Part shown: piece after piece, positions 1 to 12,262 of the stretch
Layout of the letters: every line of letters begins with the position of its first letter
Position numbering within the stretch: the first letter of the stretch is position 1
Source: Saccostrea echinata
Taxonomy: Eukaryota
Reading direction: 5' to 3'
Length of the DNA: 64,000 nt
Assembly: GCF_033153115.1 (NCBI RefSeq)
Contig: NW_026889778.1
Location: forward strand, 4,464,001-4,528,000
The notes under the pieces: generated by a model
The model's database searches: none
Told to the model about the DNA's origin: nothing
The model's input: only the letters and a program-made list of their open reading frames with translations
Made by a program: the position numbers and the translations under genes

Positions 1-46
<46 letters not shown>
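1..46. repeat. (AT)n microsatellite
   Basis: Perfect AT dinucleotide run at the window start. Confidence 0.95.
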
Positions 47-48
<2 letters not shown>

Positions 49-369
49 GTGGGGTGTTTGTGTGATATTTATTGATATGAAAGCCATTTCAGTCATATCG
101 CGAATTTATACATCTAGGTTTCCTTCAGCTACTCCGAAGAAAATATTAGTAAAAGTATTTTTTTTCCTTAGATCCACCTCTCCAAGATTCTGCAATCAAT
201 TGTCTCGAATAACTCTTAGGGGAATATCAGTGATTAGCGTTAATAGCACTTGTATTAAGTTCAGCTCACAGCTAAATCGGACGGGATTTCTTGGGATGCA
301 CAAGCTGCCCTCTTTGAATTTGGTGATTTTTTCAGGTCATTGAATTTCATTCCATTATTCTAAGTTACT

Positions 370-1830
370 TGTTTTACATGTACTCTACTGCAATCGCATA
401 TGCATAATTCATTCATGTGGCAGTAATTATTGCACTATTGAAAAGGTTTTTTTTTTTCAAAATGTAACAAAAATCTTGAACAGTTATTCCTTTCCTAAGA
501 AAGTTCATCTATCTATACTGCTACTCCTTTAAGTTAAAAAAGAAAAAGATTACATTAAAAAATAGTATTAAAAAATCAATATTGATAGAACTTTATTTCG
601 AATTAAAAAAAAACATATGAGTACATCATTCTTAACATTAAAAACAACTATACATTCTTTGTGTATTTCTTTATATCTTGTAATACCATGCTAAGCAATA
701 AAGTGTAAAAGAATTTTTCTTTTCTTCTAATTAATTGACTGAATTGCATGGCGACATCTGCAGGATGGGCGATGCGATAACATTGCCTTTGAGTACCTAA
801 AGCATACATGCTGAGCACACATTGCTACTAATCGTGAACTAATGGGTTGAAAATCTGATAGCCATCTATACTTGGCTGCGCGGGGTTGTTTTGTATAACG
901 TGGAATAGAGAAAGTCATTGTAAATGATACGTTTTTGAACTAAAATAGAATGACCTTGACTATGACAATCGCAATCATCTCGGACCTTTCCGACATAATT
1001 GATTGTCGAAAATGCCTGCTAATTAACAATTCTGTTCTTTGAAAATTTTCATAAATAATTCTGCCTATATGTGCAGTGTTTAAATATTCAATTATTAAAG
1101 TTAATCACAAAAATTGTTATATTAAGAAGTTAGATGAGATTAATACTCGAAAAACACTCGGGAATTCCTTTTTTCCCTTCTTTTTACTTATCAAATGTAC
1201 GATTGCCGATATGAGCTTGTTTAAAATAATGATACACGGCCTCTACCATGTATACCTAAAGTTTATATATATATATATACATGTACATTTCTCTTAATCT
1301 GTACATATACGCATGTACATGTATACATATTATTACGTGTTATAATTTCGGAAAAAGATATGAAAAGATAAAAATATAAACAACAGAAGTAGATAGATTT
1401 CGTCACTGTAATTATGGTACATGAAAAAAAATCTTATGCTTAAATTTTTTGTCTATCATTTTTTCATTGATTTTTGCACTTGACATCTGATACTCCGCAA
1501 AGAATACAGCTAGGAAAGGTAGACACCGGAATATAGAAAGCATTTAGAAGGTGGATAGATATTTTTTCTTTAATTTCTAAAATGATGTACAATATATTCA
1601 AGTTTTAAAGTCAAGAATAGTTCTATCAATATTGCTTTTCATTAGCTATTTTTTTTAGTTTATTTTTCTCTTTTTCAACCTAAAGATGTGTCAGTGTAGA
1701 AAGATCAACTGAAAAAAGAATAGCTGTTCATAATTTTTTCACATCATTGAAACCACATATTTTGTAAAGTAATAATAACTGCCACATGAATAGATGATGC
1801 ATATGCAATTGCAGTAGAGTATATATAAAA
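370..1830. mobile_element. Degenerate element bounded by ~60-bp inverted repeats
   Basis: tactctactgcaatcgcatatgcat...ttcatgtggcagt (~381-423) is the reverse complement of actgccacatgaa...atgcatatgcaattgcagtagagta (~1778-1821). Confidence 0.4.
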
Positions 1831-3339
1831 TGTCACCCAGTTGAGGACAACCTGTGTTTTTTATAGATCAAGATACGGATGCTGAGAAAATGGAGAAATT
1901 ATCTTAACTTAGGTCAGTTTTATGACATGGCCGCAATGCTATTCAATAAAATGATTGATTAACATCTGGAATTCACGCAGCGGAAGAGTAAACAGTAAAG
2001 TGATGAGAAAGAGATCACCTCAATTTTTCTCTCGCAGCCACCTATTGATAAATTCACTCATTTTCCTTGAAAGCAATGTGTATAGTTGATTTTGTCCGTT
2101 TCCCTGTAATATACACTACATGGTAAATAACGAGTTGGGAATTTAAATATTATTGGCCATATTGATATGGCCGGCGTTCATTTGGCTTGTTCCCTGGCTC
2201 ATCTCCGCCAAAGGTCCCGCAAATTAGGGAAAGGAAACCAGGCTAGACGACCTCTCAATTTTGTGGACGCAAGTACTTTAAGAGTGTTTCAAAAGTGTAC
2301 TTATATCGACGATTCGATGCAAAAGAGACTGCTTTGTGCTAGAACTGAACTACAAATTCAAGTCCAAATCTTGAACAATCAAGGTAAATATACAATTTTA
2401 TATATGTCACGATATATGTATGTTTTAGGAAGTATCTGCATTTGAATTCGTTCCTGATGTACAATTCCAATGCCCAAGCATAAGGATTTCGGAATTTGGT
2501 TGCTTTCTTTATTAGTGAAATAACTGAAGCTGAAATGTTAAACACCTTAACCATCATTTAGGTTGTAGTAAAACTATCTGCATATGCTATCAGTTAACTC
2601 TTTCACTTCCCTTTAAGAAACGTCCATGATGGACCTAGAGGGCATCAGTAATACATGTAATTATATTTCCTGTCTGAACTTTTCTTATTACAAATACAAT
2701 ACTATAGTAAGTGCATTTAACTTTTTTGATCATCTTACGATGTAGACCCATATCACGATATGAGCATCATTCTCAAAAGAAACATTTATAAATGTATGTG
2801 TGTATATGAGTGTGTGCTGGGGGGATATTTAGATGAAACCAGTTTCCATACACTATAAACAGAAAAACTGTTTTACAAAATTCGGAGAAGGCACCTGCTG
2901 CTCTAGATCTACTCTAGTGCGCAATATTAAACCAGTCATATCTGTCAAGAAATCATATATAAATGCCTAAGGCTTTGGAAAATTGAAGTTTATGAGACTT
3001 ATAATTTTCATCCATAGAGCGACTATTGATTGGTTCAGAATATGGTTGCCAGATTTCCTTTGGAAAATGCACTCTACAATCTGTCTATTCTATCGGCCAA
3101 GAGAAAAGCATAGTAGTGGAACTTCGGTCAAAGATAGTAAAGGCGGACGCTGATTAAGCAAAGAAATCGTATTCCTTTAACATAGAAAAAAGATGCCAGA
3201 GTTTTTTCTTATGTGTTTGTATGTTATTCTATGTTTAGAAGGCGTAATATTATGTTAGCTTTAATATTTTGCTTTTCCATCTTGCATGATATTTAGATAA
3301 AAGTATCGTTTGTAATATAAAAATAATATATCAATATTC

Positions 3340-5325
3340 TTTGATATGAAATTCACCCCGAGTCTTTTTGTCATCAAGAGGTAATGTATGCTTTTTCTGT
3401 AAACAATATACAGAATTAGTTTATTTTATGAGAGGAAATTTACCTTGAAAAGTTCTGCTTTTTTTCAACAAGTATTTCTTTTTATTCTGTGAATTGTATA
3501 AACTCTTTGTTGAGGGGGGGGGGGGGGTTACCCCGTAAAGTCTTGCTATCATCGAGTTGCAATGTTTGTTCATGCTTTGAATAATATATGCTGTATTATT
3601 GATACTCTTGGGAGATTTACCTTGTACATACTTGCTATTTTCAAAGTGTAATGTTTGCTTTTTCTGGGTATGATTTAAACTGTATCAGTAATATTTTTGA
3701 GAGGAAATTTACCCCGCAGATTTTTACTACCTCCAAGATATAACGAAACATAAATTTTGTATCAGTGATATTCTTTGGGGGGAAATTTACCCGGAAAGTC
3801 TTGCTATCTAAAAATGGGTGTTTTTGCTTTGAAACACTGTATATAAACTGTATCAATGTTATTTTTGAGAGGAAAATTACCCTGTAGAGTTCTGCGATTT
3901 TCAAAGTGTAATATTCGCTTTTATAAGAGTATTATAAGAGTATTAAATACTGTATCATTGATACCTATTTTGGGGGGAAATTTACCCCGTAAAGTCTTAG
4001 TTTCTAAAAGACTGTTGCTTTTGCTTTGAATTAATATATGGAAACTGTATCGATTCCATTTTTGAGAGGCAGTTTACCCTGTAGATTTTTGCTATCTTTA
4101 AGATGTTGTGAATAAAAAATCTGTATCAGTTATTTTCTTTGGGGGGAAATTTACCCCGTAAAGTCTCGCTATCTAAAAGATGGTTGATTTTGCTTTTAAT
4201 TACTGTATATAAACTGTATCGATATCATCTTTGAGAGGAAATTTACCCTGTAGAGTTCTGCGATTTTCGAAGTGTTATGTTTGCGTTTTCTACGTATAAG
4301 ATAAACTGTATCAATTATATTTTTTGAGAGGAAATTTACCCTGTAGATTTTTGTTACCGCCAAGATATTGTGAAGCATAAATTCTGTATGAGTGATATTC
4401 TTTTGGGGGGAAATTTACCCCGTAATTAAAGTCTTGCTATCTAAGAGATGGATGCTTTTGCTTTGAAATACCGTGTATAAACTTCATCAATGTCATTTTT
4501 GAGAGAAAAATTACCCCGTAGATTGTTGCCATCTTCACGATGTATGCGAATCATAAATACTGTATTAGTGATTTTCTTTGGGGGGAAATTTACCCCGTAA
4601 AGTCTTGCTATCATGACGATGGTTGCCTGTGCTCTCAAACACTGTATATAAACTGCATCAATGTCATTTTTGAGAGGAAATTTACCCTGTAGCTATAGAG
4701 TCCTGCGATTTTCAAAGTGTAATGTTTGTTTTTATAAGAGTAGTGAATACTGTATCAGTAATATTCTTTGGGGGGGGGGGGGGGATTTACCCCGTAAAAT
4801 CTTGCTATCTACAAGATTGGGTTTTTTGCTTTGAAATACTGTGTATAAAATGTATCAATATATTTTTGAGAGAAAAAAGTACTCTATACATTGTTGCCAT
4901 CTTCACGATGTTTGCGAATCATGAATACTGTATTAGTGATTTTCTTTCGGGGGGGGGGGGGGATTTACACCGTAATGTCTTGCTATCATCACGATGGTTG
5001 CTTTTGCTTTCAAACACTGTATATAAACTGCATCAATGTCATTTTTGAGAGGAAATTTACCCTGTAGAGTTCTGCGATTTTCAAAGTGTAATGTTCCCTT
5101 TTTATAAGAGTAGTGAAGACTGTATCAGTGATATTCTTTGGAGGAAATTTACCCTGTAAAGTCTTGCTATCTAAAAGATGGTTGCATTTGCTTTGAATTG
5201 CTGTACGTTAACTGTATCATTGTCATTTTTGAGAGAAAATATACTCTGTAGGTTTTTGCTGTCTTTAAGATGTGAATCAGTGATTTTCTTTCGGGGGAAA
5301 TTTACCCCGTAAAGTCTTGCTAAAT
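3340..5325. repeat. Satellite array of ~80-95 bp monomers with a higher-order (~370 bp, 4-mer) period in the distal half
   Basis: About 20 recurrences of g(a/g)ggaaatttaccc(c/t)gta followed by alternating variant bodies (aagtcttgctatc / gagttctgcgattttc / gattgttgccatcttcacg). Confidence 0.85.
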
Positions 5326-6690
5326 TGTTAATATTTCCTCCAAATATTTACATTTCAGTTTATTTGTGACACTATATCGTGTTTCCATTAGAAAAATGCT
5401 AATTTTTCACAATCTTATCAATAAATATCTTATAAAACTGTGTTTTTTGTTAGATTTTGTCAATACCTAAGGGCAAAATGCCTAAAACAGAAAAAAAGAT
5501 TTTCTATTTTGATTTTGGAATGTGTTGTAAAAACACCGTATACTTGAATATAGCGCTAGTGTCTAATATTAAATATTTGTTACACCTGTCACAAGGAAAA
5601 ATTAAAAACAACCAAAAATGTACATACAATACAAAATGAAGTGCATGTCTTAAATTTGCCCTAATTAATATAGAACAAACATGAACATAAAACTGTATGT
5701 ACACAAAAAAAAGCACATGACTAAAATATCGCAAAAAAAATGGGACTTGATTAAACGCGAATTAATCTTTGTTGCCTTTCTCCTAGGATTTAGACTTCTT
5801 CCAGTCCTGATAAAGACTTTTTTTAAAATCTATTCATTAAGTGTTGTCAGATATTTGTTATTGTCCGATATAGATGCTACAGATATGAGCAGTACGCTGG
5901 TAAGTTAATGACATGTATGTCACTCAATCTCTACATAGCAGATTCTGCATTTCTGTGAAAATTTAGACAATTTATCACTATAAGTACAAATAATTACTGT
6001 ACTCATGTCAACATGGAATTGTGTATATATGTATCTAACTAACTTATTACATATATCCATTTTTCTACATGTATACCTACATGTATCTGATAAGTTAATT
6101 AAATGACTTGTCAGATACTCTAGTAGACGAAAAAAGTGCTGACAATCCCCAAAATTACTTTGATATTTCCTCATAGTGTGTCGTTGCAGCTGATACATGC
6201 TGACAGTTGTTGATTTTTTTATTGTGGTTACTGATAATTTTAGTTGTTGCTGATAAATACTGACAATATTATAGCTAATAAATAGTCCATAATTATAAAA
6301 AAATTCTAAAAGTCTAGAGACTTTTAGCGATCAATATCTTGGTGTTTTATTGAATGGTGAGTTTGTATTACGTCTATGAGTATGCCAGAAACACTCCGAA
6401 TACGAGCGTTCAATATTGAGCGCCCCGTTGTAAACAAAAAAAAAATCGTCTGGTCAATCTCAAAGGCAAATTTATGCTAGAAAGCGGCAGATAGGTAAGA
6501 TGTGTTTATTTTCACACAAAATTAAAATTAGTAATTAATAATTTTGTATACGTATTAGCCTCAATTAAACCTCAAAGAAGAAATAATAACGCTCGGTAAG
6601 GTCAGTACATACCGATACTGAAAATTCTTAATAATTTGTTTTATTTAATTGAAATATTAAATATAAATCAATGGGAGATATTTTAGCTAT

Positions 6691-6829
6691 ATAATAAAGG
6701 AGTTATTGAACTAATATTGGTAAATATTTTGGCACTCGTTGACTGTACAAATGCACTCGCAAGCTCGTGCATTTGTACAGCCAACTCGTGCCAATATTCA
6801 CCAATATAAGTTCAATAACCCTATATTAT
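6691..6829. mobile_element. Short palindromic (hairpin) non-autonomous element, Crypton-like
   Basis: gttattgaac...ctgtacaaatgcactcgc-aa-gctcgtgcatttgtacag...gttcaataac folds on itself. Confidence 0.6.
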
Positions 6830-7561
6830 TATAATTACAATTATTGTTAATTTCCTATTCGCTCTGATAATTGCTTATAATTACCATTGAAAATGCAGTC
6901 GATGCTGAGAATTGCTGAGATTTACTGCGGCAATTGTTGCAGCATGAACCTAATACACCTGACAATGCTTAATCTCAATAGAGGAAATATTAATTTTGAA
7001 ATGATTTTTAATCACATTTTATATAATATTATACTTTCATGTAAATTAGTTGAATCTGAATTTGTTAAAAAACACTATTACCCGCTGAATAATGAAGCCA
7101 CGCCCTCCAGCATTACAATAGTCAAAATTGCTTGAAGTCAGGTTATTCCAAAAAAAAAAAATAATAATATTGACTGCGCAGAATTTATGCGCGCAAGGTT
7201 CACTGTAATATGTATTTGTATAAAACATTCAGTATAATATTATGAATACTGCATGTAGTTGAGTGTAACATTGAAAATTTTCACCCCTCGAAAACCATTG
7301 TCAACCTCGGCTATATGCAGTATTTGTATAATGTTAATCTGTAGTTTGATTTTAAATCTATATAGTAACGCTAAGGACATTGGTTAACTCAAAATAACAC
7401 CTATAACTAAATAACTTTGCCCCCCCCCCTCCCCCCACTTTTGAAACCGTTGCTACGGTCCTGAAAAATAAATAAAAATAATATGGGATTCTAAGATATG
7501 TCTACAAAATAGATTGTAATTTTGGTTAATTGATAAAAAAAATCTCTAAACAACTGCAGCA

Positions 7562-9464
7562 TCCAGTTGCACAAAGCATAGGTAAATTAACTTCAAGTTA
7601 TTGTCTTAAGTAGCCCTTAAATTTTAAACGAAAAGTTTCGTAACTGTCAGTTAAATTGTTGTTATTCGAAAGTCAATTACAACTTAATAAGCTAACTTAA
7701 ATTTAATTCATGGCTTTTAGCTATCTCTCTGTTAAAATCGTTCTTCACGCGCATTTACCTTACCTACATTGAAAAAAATATGAAAAAATTCACTGATTTT
7801 ATAATAAAAATGACGTCAATTCTAAGTGCTAAGGTTTTGTTTTTTATATACTTTTTGTAATATTAATCTTAAGATTGACAAAATGTATCATTTAAGATAG
7901 TTACTTCAAATGCGGTGTTTTGCAATTTCTTTTACACTGAAAGATAGTCATTATACTAGTATATGCAATTTATATAAAATGCAATTACAAAGTATGTTTT
8001 TGGAAAATTTGAAATCACAAGATTTTACCAAAATCAACAGCTTAAAAACTTACGACTCTTCAACTTTATACACAACCATTCCCCAATTAAAGTAAAAGAT
8101 TAAATTAAAATCCAGGCTTTTTGATATCATGGACAGCTGCTTTATCAAAACAAAATGAAACTCGTAAATTTACTGACCTTGTCATTGGTCATTTGCAAAA
8201 TTATTTTGTTAAAAAACATTCTGATTGTACGCACAAGTTCTCTGAAGTTGTTGACATTAAAAAGATGCTTGAGTTTCTGATTGACAATATCTAGTATGTG
8301 TTTTTTGGAGACCAGGTCTTCCAACAATCTATTGGAAATCCCATGGATACCAATTGCGCCCCGTTATTAATAGACCTTTTTTGTATTCATATGAAGCAAA
8401 ATCTGTCCAAAATCTTGTACATTGTACGTGAAAAGAAGAAAACACTTGCTGTGTCCTTGAACTCAACATTTAGATATATCGACGACGTATTGTCAATTAA
8501 CAATGGCTAATTCCATTCTTATGTCGATACGATATATCCTGATGAGCTTGAGATAAAAGATACCACAGAGTCTGACACATCTGTTTCATATTTGGATATT
8601 TTACTTGAAAAAGACGTTAATGGTAATCTAACAACCAAGTTTTATGATAAACGTGATGACTTTAACTTTTCAATCCTCAACTTCCCTTACTTATGCAGCA
8701 ATATACCTTAATCTCCTGCATACGGGGTATATATCTCTCAGTTGAGTTGATATGCAATAGCATGCTCTACGTATGGACAATTTCTAAAACGAGGTAAATT
8801 ATTGACAAACAAGTTGATGAAACAAGAATATCAGCTGTTTCGTTTAAAGTCATTATTTCGTAAGTTCTATGGTCGATACAATGACCTTGTCAGCAAATAC
8901 AATTTATCATTGAGTCAAATGCTGACTGACATTTTTCATACGAATTGTTAGGCCATTATTTACACACTGAATTGTCGATGGATTTTCCCGTTATTTCCCG
9001 ATCATGACAAGGAGCACACGGCGGGTGTGACCGGTCGGCAGGGGATGCTCACATCTCCATGGCACCTGATCCCACCTCTGATGTTTGGAGGTCCGTGTTT
9101 GTCTGCTCCTATTTTGTATTGTTTAATGAACTTTTGAGCTTGAATGCTGTCCGTTATCTATATTTCATGTTCATGTAGTGATCTATTTCAGGTTGTAACA
9201 TATTTCTATTTTCTCTACAAGTTCTTCCTTCCCCGCAAACAAGGATACAAATGAAAACAAATTCGCAATTTTGATTTTATGTTTAATCAAATATTTAATG
9301 TACCTAGATTAACTCAGTTAAATCTCTTAGTTAAATCACAAAATTAATCAAGCTTTAACTGTCAGTTAACTTTCATGCAATTGGTTTAACTCGAAGTAAA
9401 TTTTAACGTAGCATCAACGCAAAGTTAACGAGTAGTTAAATTTAACTAGCGTTCGTGCAACCAA
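7562..9464. mobile_element. MITE with GTTGCAC(A/G)AA terminal inverted repeats, interrupted by a Penelope-like element
   Basis: ccagttgcacaaagcataggtaaattaac on the left; gttaaatttaactagcgttcgtgcaacc on the right. Confidence 0.5.
7985..9170 (+). pseudogene. 5'-truncated Penelope-like retroelement (Naiad-type, C-terminal RT), degenerate
   Basis: RT motifs across frameshifts and stops: KTYDSSTLYTTIP, QSIGNPMDTNCAPL, FRYIDDVLS, YPDELEIKDTT, YDKRDDFNF..NFPYL, PAYGVYISQL. The ORF ends with no downstream GIY-YIG and is followed by the conserved 3' element ggcgggtgtgaccggtcggcaggggatgct. Confidence 0.85.
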
Positions 9465-9908
9465 GGGAATGCTGTAATTTAACAATGTGTTCGTGATGAA
9501 AACTGTGCACGGTTTTTCTTATAATAATTATTATCATTATTGATTTCTATTGTTTTAAACAAATGTGCACATTGTGTTAAGAAATATTTCTTTTAAAATA
9601 TGTTTGCTAAAACAATTTCATTGGCAAACATTAATTATTGTTTCACACCTTCTGTGCCCGAGAATGACCACAGTAAATCTCAGTGATTCTCAGCATCGAC
9701 AGCATTTTCAAAGTTTTAATCAGCAATTACCAGAATGAGCAGCAAAACAACAGTACATGTAATTGTATGCATTTATCAGCAACATTAACAACAGTTTAAA
9801 AAAAAAATCAGTATAAATCAGCAACAACAGGACTATACCAGTAATTATCAGACTTTATCAGTAAAATTTGGTATTAACAGCACTGTATGTATGTATACAC
9901 CTATATAA

Positions 9909-11579
9909 TTAACTAATACTATTACTTGTAGGGCAATCACGCCTCTTTATGTATCTGTATACACACACTCTGTTGTTGTTCAATGATCCTATCCAGAGAA
10001 GGTGACACTTGTCGTCATAGCTCAAGCCCCATGGAAAGTTTATCCCTTGTTGTTGTGTCTGTATAACTGACAGTAAGTGTCCGTCTTTATCAATCATCTG
10101 TACTGTGTGAGTGATACCATCACACACAAGGATGTGTGACAGCGCGTCAGTACAGATTCCTAGTGGTAATATTCCTGATCCTGATGGAGGTCCTCTGTAG
10201 GAGAAGCGATGTCTTCCTTGACGCTCTGTCACCACTACAGCGCGGCGGACAGAGTCAGATACAATAACATCTCCATTACGATTCTCTGCAATGTAGCTTG
10301 GTACATTATACAGTCCCTGATCTGTGTTGCTTGTAGGAATTGTCTGTATGAGTTGTCCTGTGTCGTTATACCGTGTTATCATGCCCATATTTATATCAAT
10401 ATTGTACATCCCGACCAGTAGATCTCCATTGGAGGGGGAACAGTAGATGCAACGTAGTCTACATGGATCTGTTTTCTTTATAAGTGTAGACATAGTTCTG
10501 TTATCTTTAGATAATTTGTTTATGTTAAAATCCTTGTCTATGTAAATAAGATTACCTGTCATATTCACTGTGTGTACTCCCCAACCGCTACTTACATCGG
10601 TCAGATGATGTAGTGTTTCACCTGCTGTGTTTGTCAAGATGAGATTGCTATCCCAGTGATCACTGACCCAGACTTGATCTGATGTCACACAGGAAATGTG
10701 ATTTACACCACCTACACCTGTCACTGTGACAGATTTGTGCAACACTGGCGTAGACATCAGTTTCAGCAGACATTCATTTCTTACTTCTCTTTTTCCTGTT
10801 TGTGAGATTTGCATTTCACTTAGTAGCTTAATTACATTCTCCATGTTCATTTCCTCAGTCAGGGAGAGCAGAAAATGTTGTGTAAGATTTGGAGTGTCCT
10901 TCATTTTTGGAACATAAGTTTTCTTAAGCAATAAGAGGTATCTAACAGGTCTGTTTGCTGATGGATCAGATCTATGTTCATAGCTTTCAATGCTGACGAG
11001 GTGTCTATTCATACTTTCCTTCTGTTGTTTTAGTCTTCGTATTATATAACGTGTATATCTGATTTTAACCTTGAATACAACTGTGTTGATTAGATTTTTC
11101 AGTTTTTGCCCCATTTTAAACATTTCTGATTGACAGCTTATAATTTTAAGGTGACAAGTTTTTATTTCGGTTTTGATTCCTGCCAGGAGAAAATAGCTGT
11201 TATAGAGAGTTTCACTTCTGATTTTGTGAAAAAATTTTCTTTGTAGTTGTCGGTTTGTTTTATATGCTGTTCTAATGTCCTGTATTTGATGTTTTTCATG
11301 TTCTGTACATTTGGAACAGACAGGAAGTTTACATAAGTGACAGTACTTTTTATATATTCTTCTGTGATGTTTCACACAAGTCTCTTGTTTTTGGCTGTAT
11401 TCATATTTTTCAAGGTAAATCACAACATCATGGTTTATTGTATCCAGATCAGTAACGTGTCTCCCTTTACACTTTAGACACAGATCATGTTTACACGTGT
11501 TACAGTAGAATTCTGTGTCCCCATGACATTGAAAACACTGTCTTATTTTACACTGGGCGCTGAATTCCTCCGTATCCAT
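9909..11579 (-). CDS. RING-less TRIM-like protein: two B-boxes, coiled coil, C-terminal NHL/beta-propeller (bivalve-expanded TRIM2/3/71-like family)
   Basis: 556-aa ORF with CFQC..YCNTC...LCLKCKGRH...H (B-box1), CVKH.....YCHLCKLPVCSKC..HEKH (B-box2) and NHL-like blades (PSYIAENRNGDVIVSD, PLGICTDALSHILVCD, PWGLSYD). A splice acceptor (ttttagcag) lies about 20 nt upstream of the ATG. Confidence 0.9.
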   Translation of the reverse strand: MDTEEFSAQCKIRQCFQCHGDTEFYCNTCKHDLCLKCKGRHVTDLDTINHDVVIYLEKYEYSQKQETCVKHHRRIYKKYCHLCKLPVCSKCTEHEKHQIQDIRTAYKTNRQLQRKFFHKIRSETLYNSYFLLAGIKTEIKTCHLKIISCQSEMFKMGQKLKNLINTVVFKVKIRYTRYIIRRLKQQKESMNRHLVSIESYEHRSDPSANRPVRYLLLLKKTYVPKMKDTPNLTQHFLLSLTEEMNMENVIKLLSEMQISQTGKREVRNECLLKLMSTPVLHKSVTVTGVGGVNHISCVTSDQVWVSDHWDSNLILTNTAGETLHHLTDVSSGWGVHTVNMTGNLIYIDKDFNINKLSKDNRTMSTLIKKTDPCRLRCIYCSPSNGDLLVGMYNIDINMGMITRYNDTGQLIQTIPTSNTDQGLYNVPSYIAENRNGDVIVSDSVRRAVVVTERQGRHRFSYRGPPSGSGILPLGICTDALSHILVCDGITHTVQMIDKDGHLLSVIQTQQQGINFPWGLSYDDKCHLLWIGSLNNNRVCVYRYIKRRDCPTSNSIS

Positions 11580-11956
11580 GATCGGGAGGGTCTGGGTAAT
11601 CTGCTAAAATGATTGATTGTTTTATCAAACAAAGTTATGCTATTCTGAACAGATCTCGAATATTACATATTGTGCAAAATGATGTCATTTTACGATCGCT
11701 TATTGATCATAAGCTACAGAATGTACTCCGTAATGTATACTTTAAAAATATGTCACCTTCCATAGCATATTTATATATCGTGAAAGCTACCAAAATGTCA
11801 CCAGAGAAAAAATTGGTTTGTGTATCTTGTGATCATGAATATCTGTACTATGTAAATAAATATACTTCAATTTCATGCCAAAAGATTTATATATGTAGAT
11901 CAATAAAACCTCTTTTTGACATCTCAAATACCTTTATCACAAAATATTTGATTTAT

Positions 11957-12262
11957 AGTATACTTGATCAACAGTCTCATTTAAAGTCATCATTTCGTAC
12001 GTTCTATGGTCGATACAATGACCTTGACAGCAAATACAGTCTAATCTATCATTAAGTCAAATGCTGACTGACATACTGATTGCTAGGCCACTGAATTGTC
12101 TACAGGTTTTTCCATTATTTCCCGATCATGACAAGGAGCACAGGGCGGGAAAGCTCACTACTCCATTGCACCTGATCCCATCTCTGATGTTTGCTTTGCT
12201 CCGGATTTGTATTGTTTAAATGGACGTTTGAGCTTGTATACTGTTCGTTATCTCCATATATT
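11957..12262 (+). mobile_element. Penelope-like (Naiad-type) 3' fragment
   Basis: LKSSFRTFYGRYNDL plus the same 3' UTR as 8830-9170, with internal deletions. Confidence 0.8.

Larger units (their letters stand above)
6863..9734. mobile_element. Inverted-repeat-bounded element carrying nested insertions
   Basis: ttgaaaatgcagtcgatgctgagaattgctgagatttactg (~6887-6927) is the reverse complement of cagtaaatctcagtgattctcagcatcgacagcattttcaa (~9671-9711). Confidence 0.55.

Noticed and set aside
6360-6500. Possible first exon ending AG|GTAAGA (a similar one ends at ~2383)
   Set aside because: No downstream exon could be linked; probably transposon-internal sequence.
8995-9115. SECIS element or HDV/hammerhead ribozyme in the Penelope-like 3' UTR
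   Set aside because: ATGA is not followed by correctly spaced AA and GA; an HDV-like P1 can be drawn but P3, J4/2 and P2 do not fit; no hammerhead core seen. Kept only as an unclassified structured RNA.
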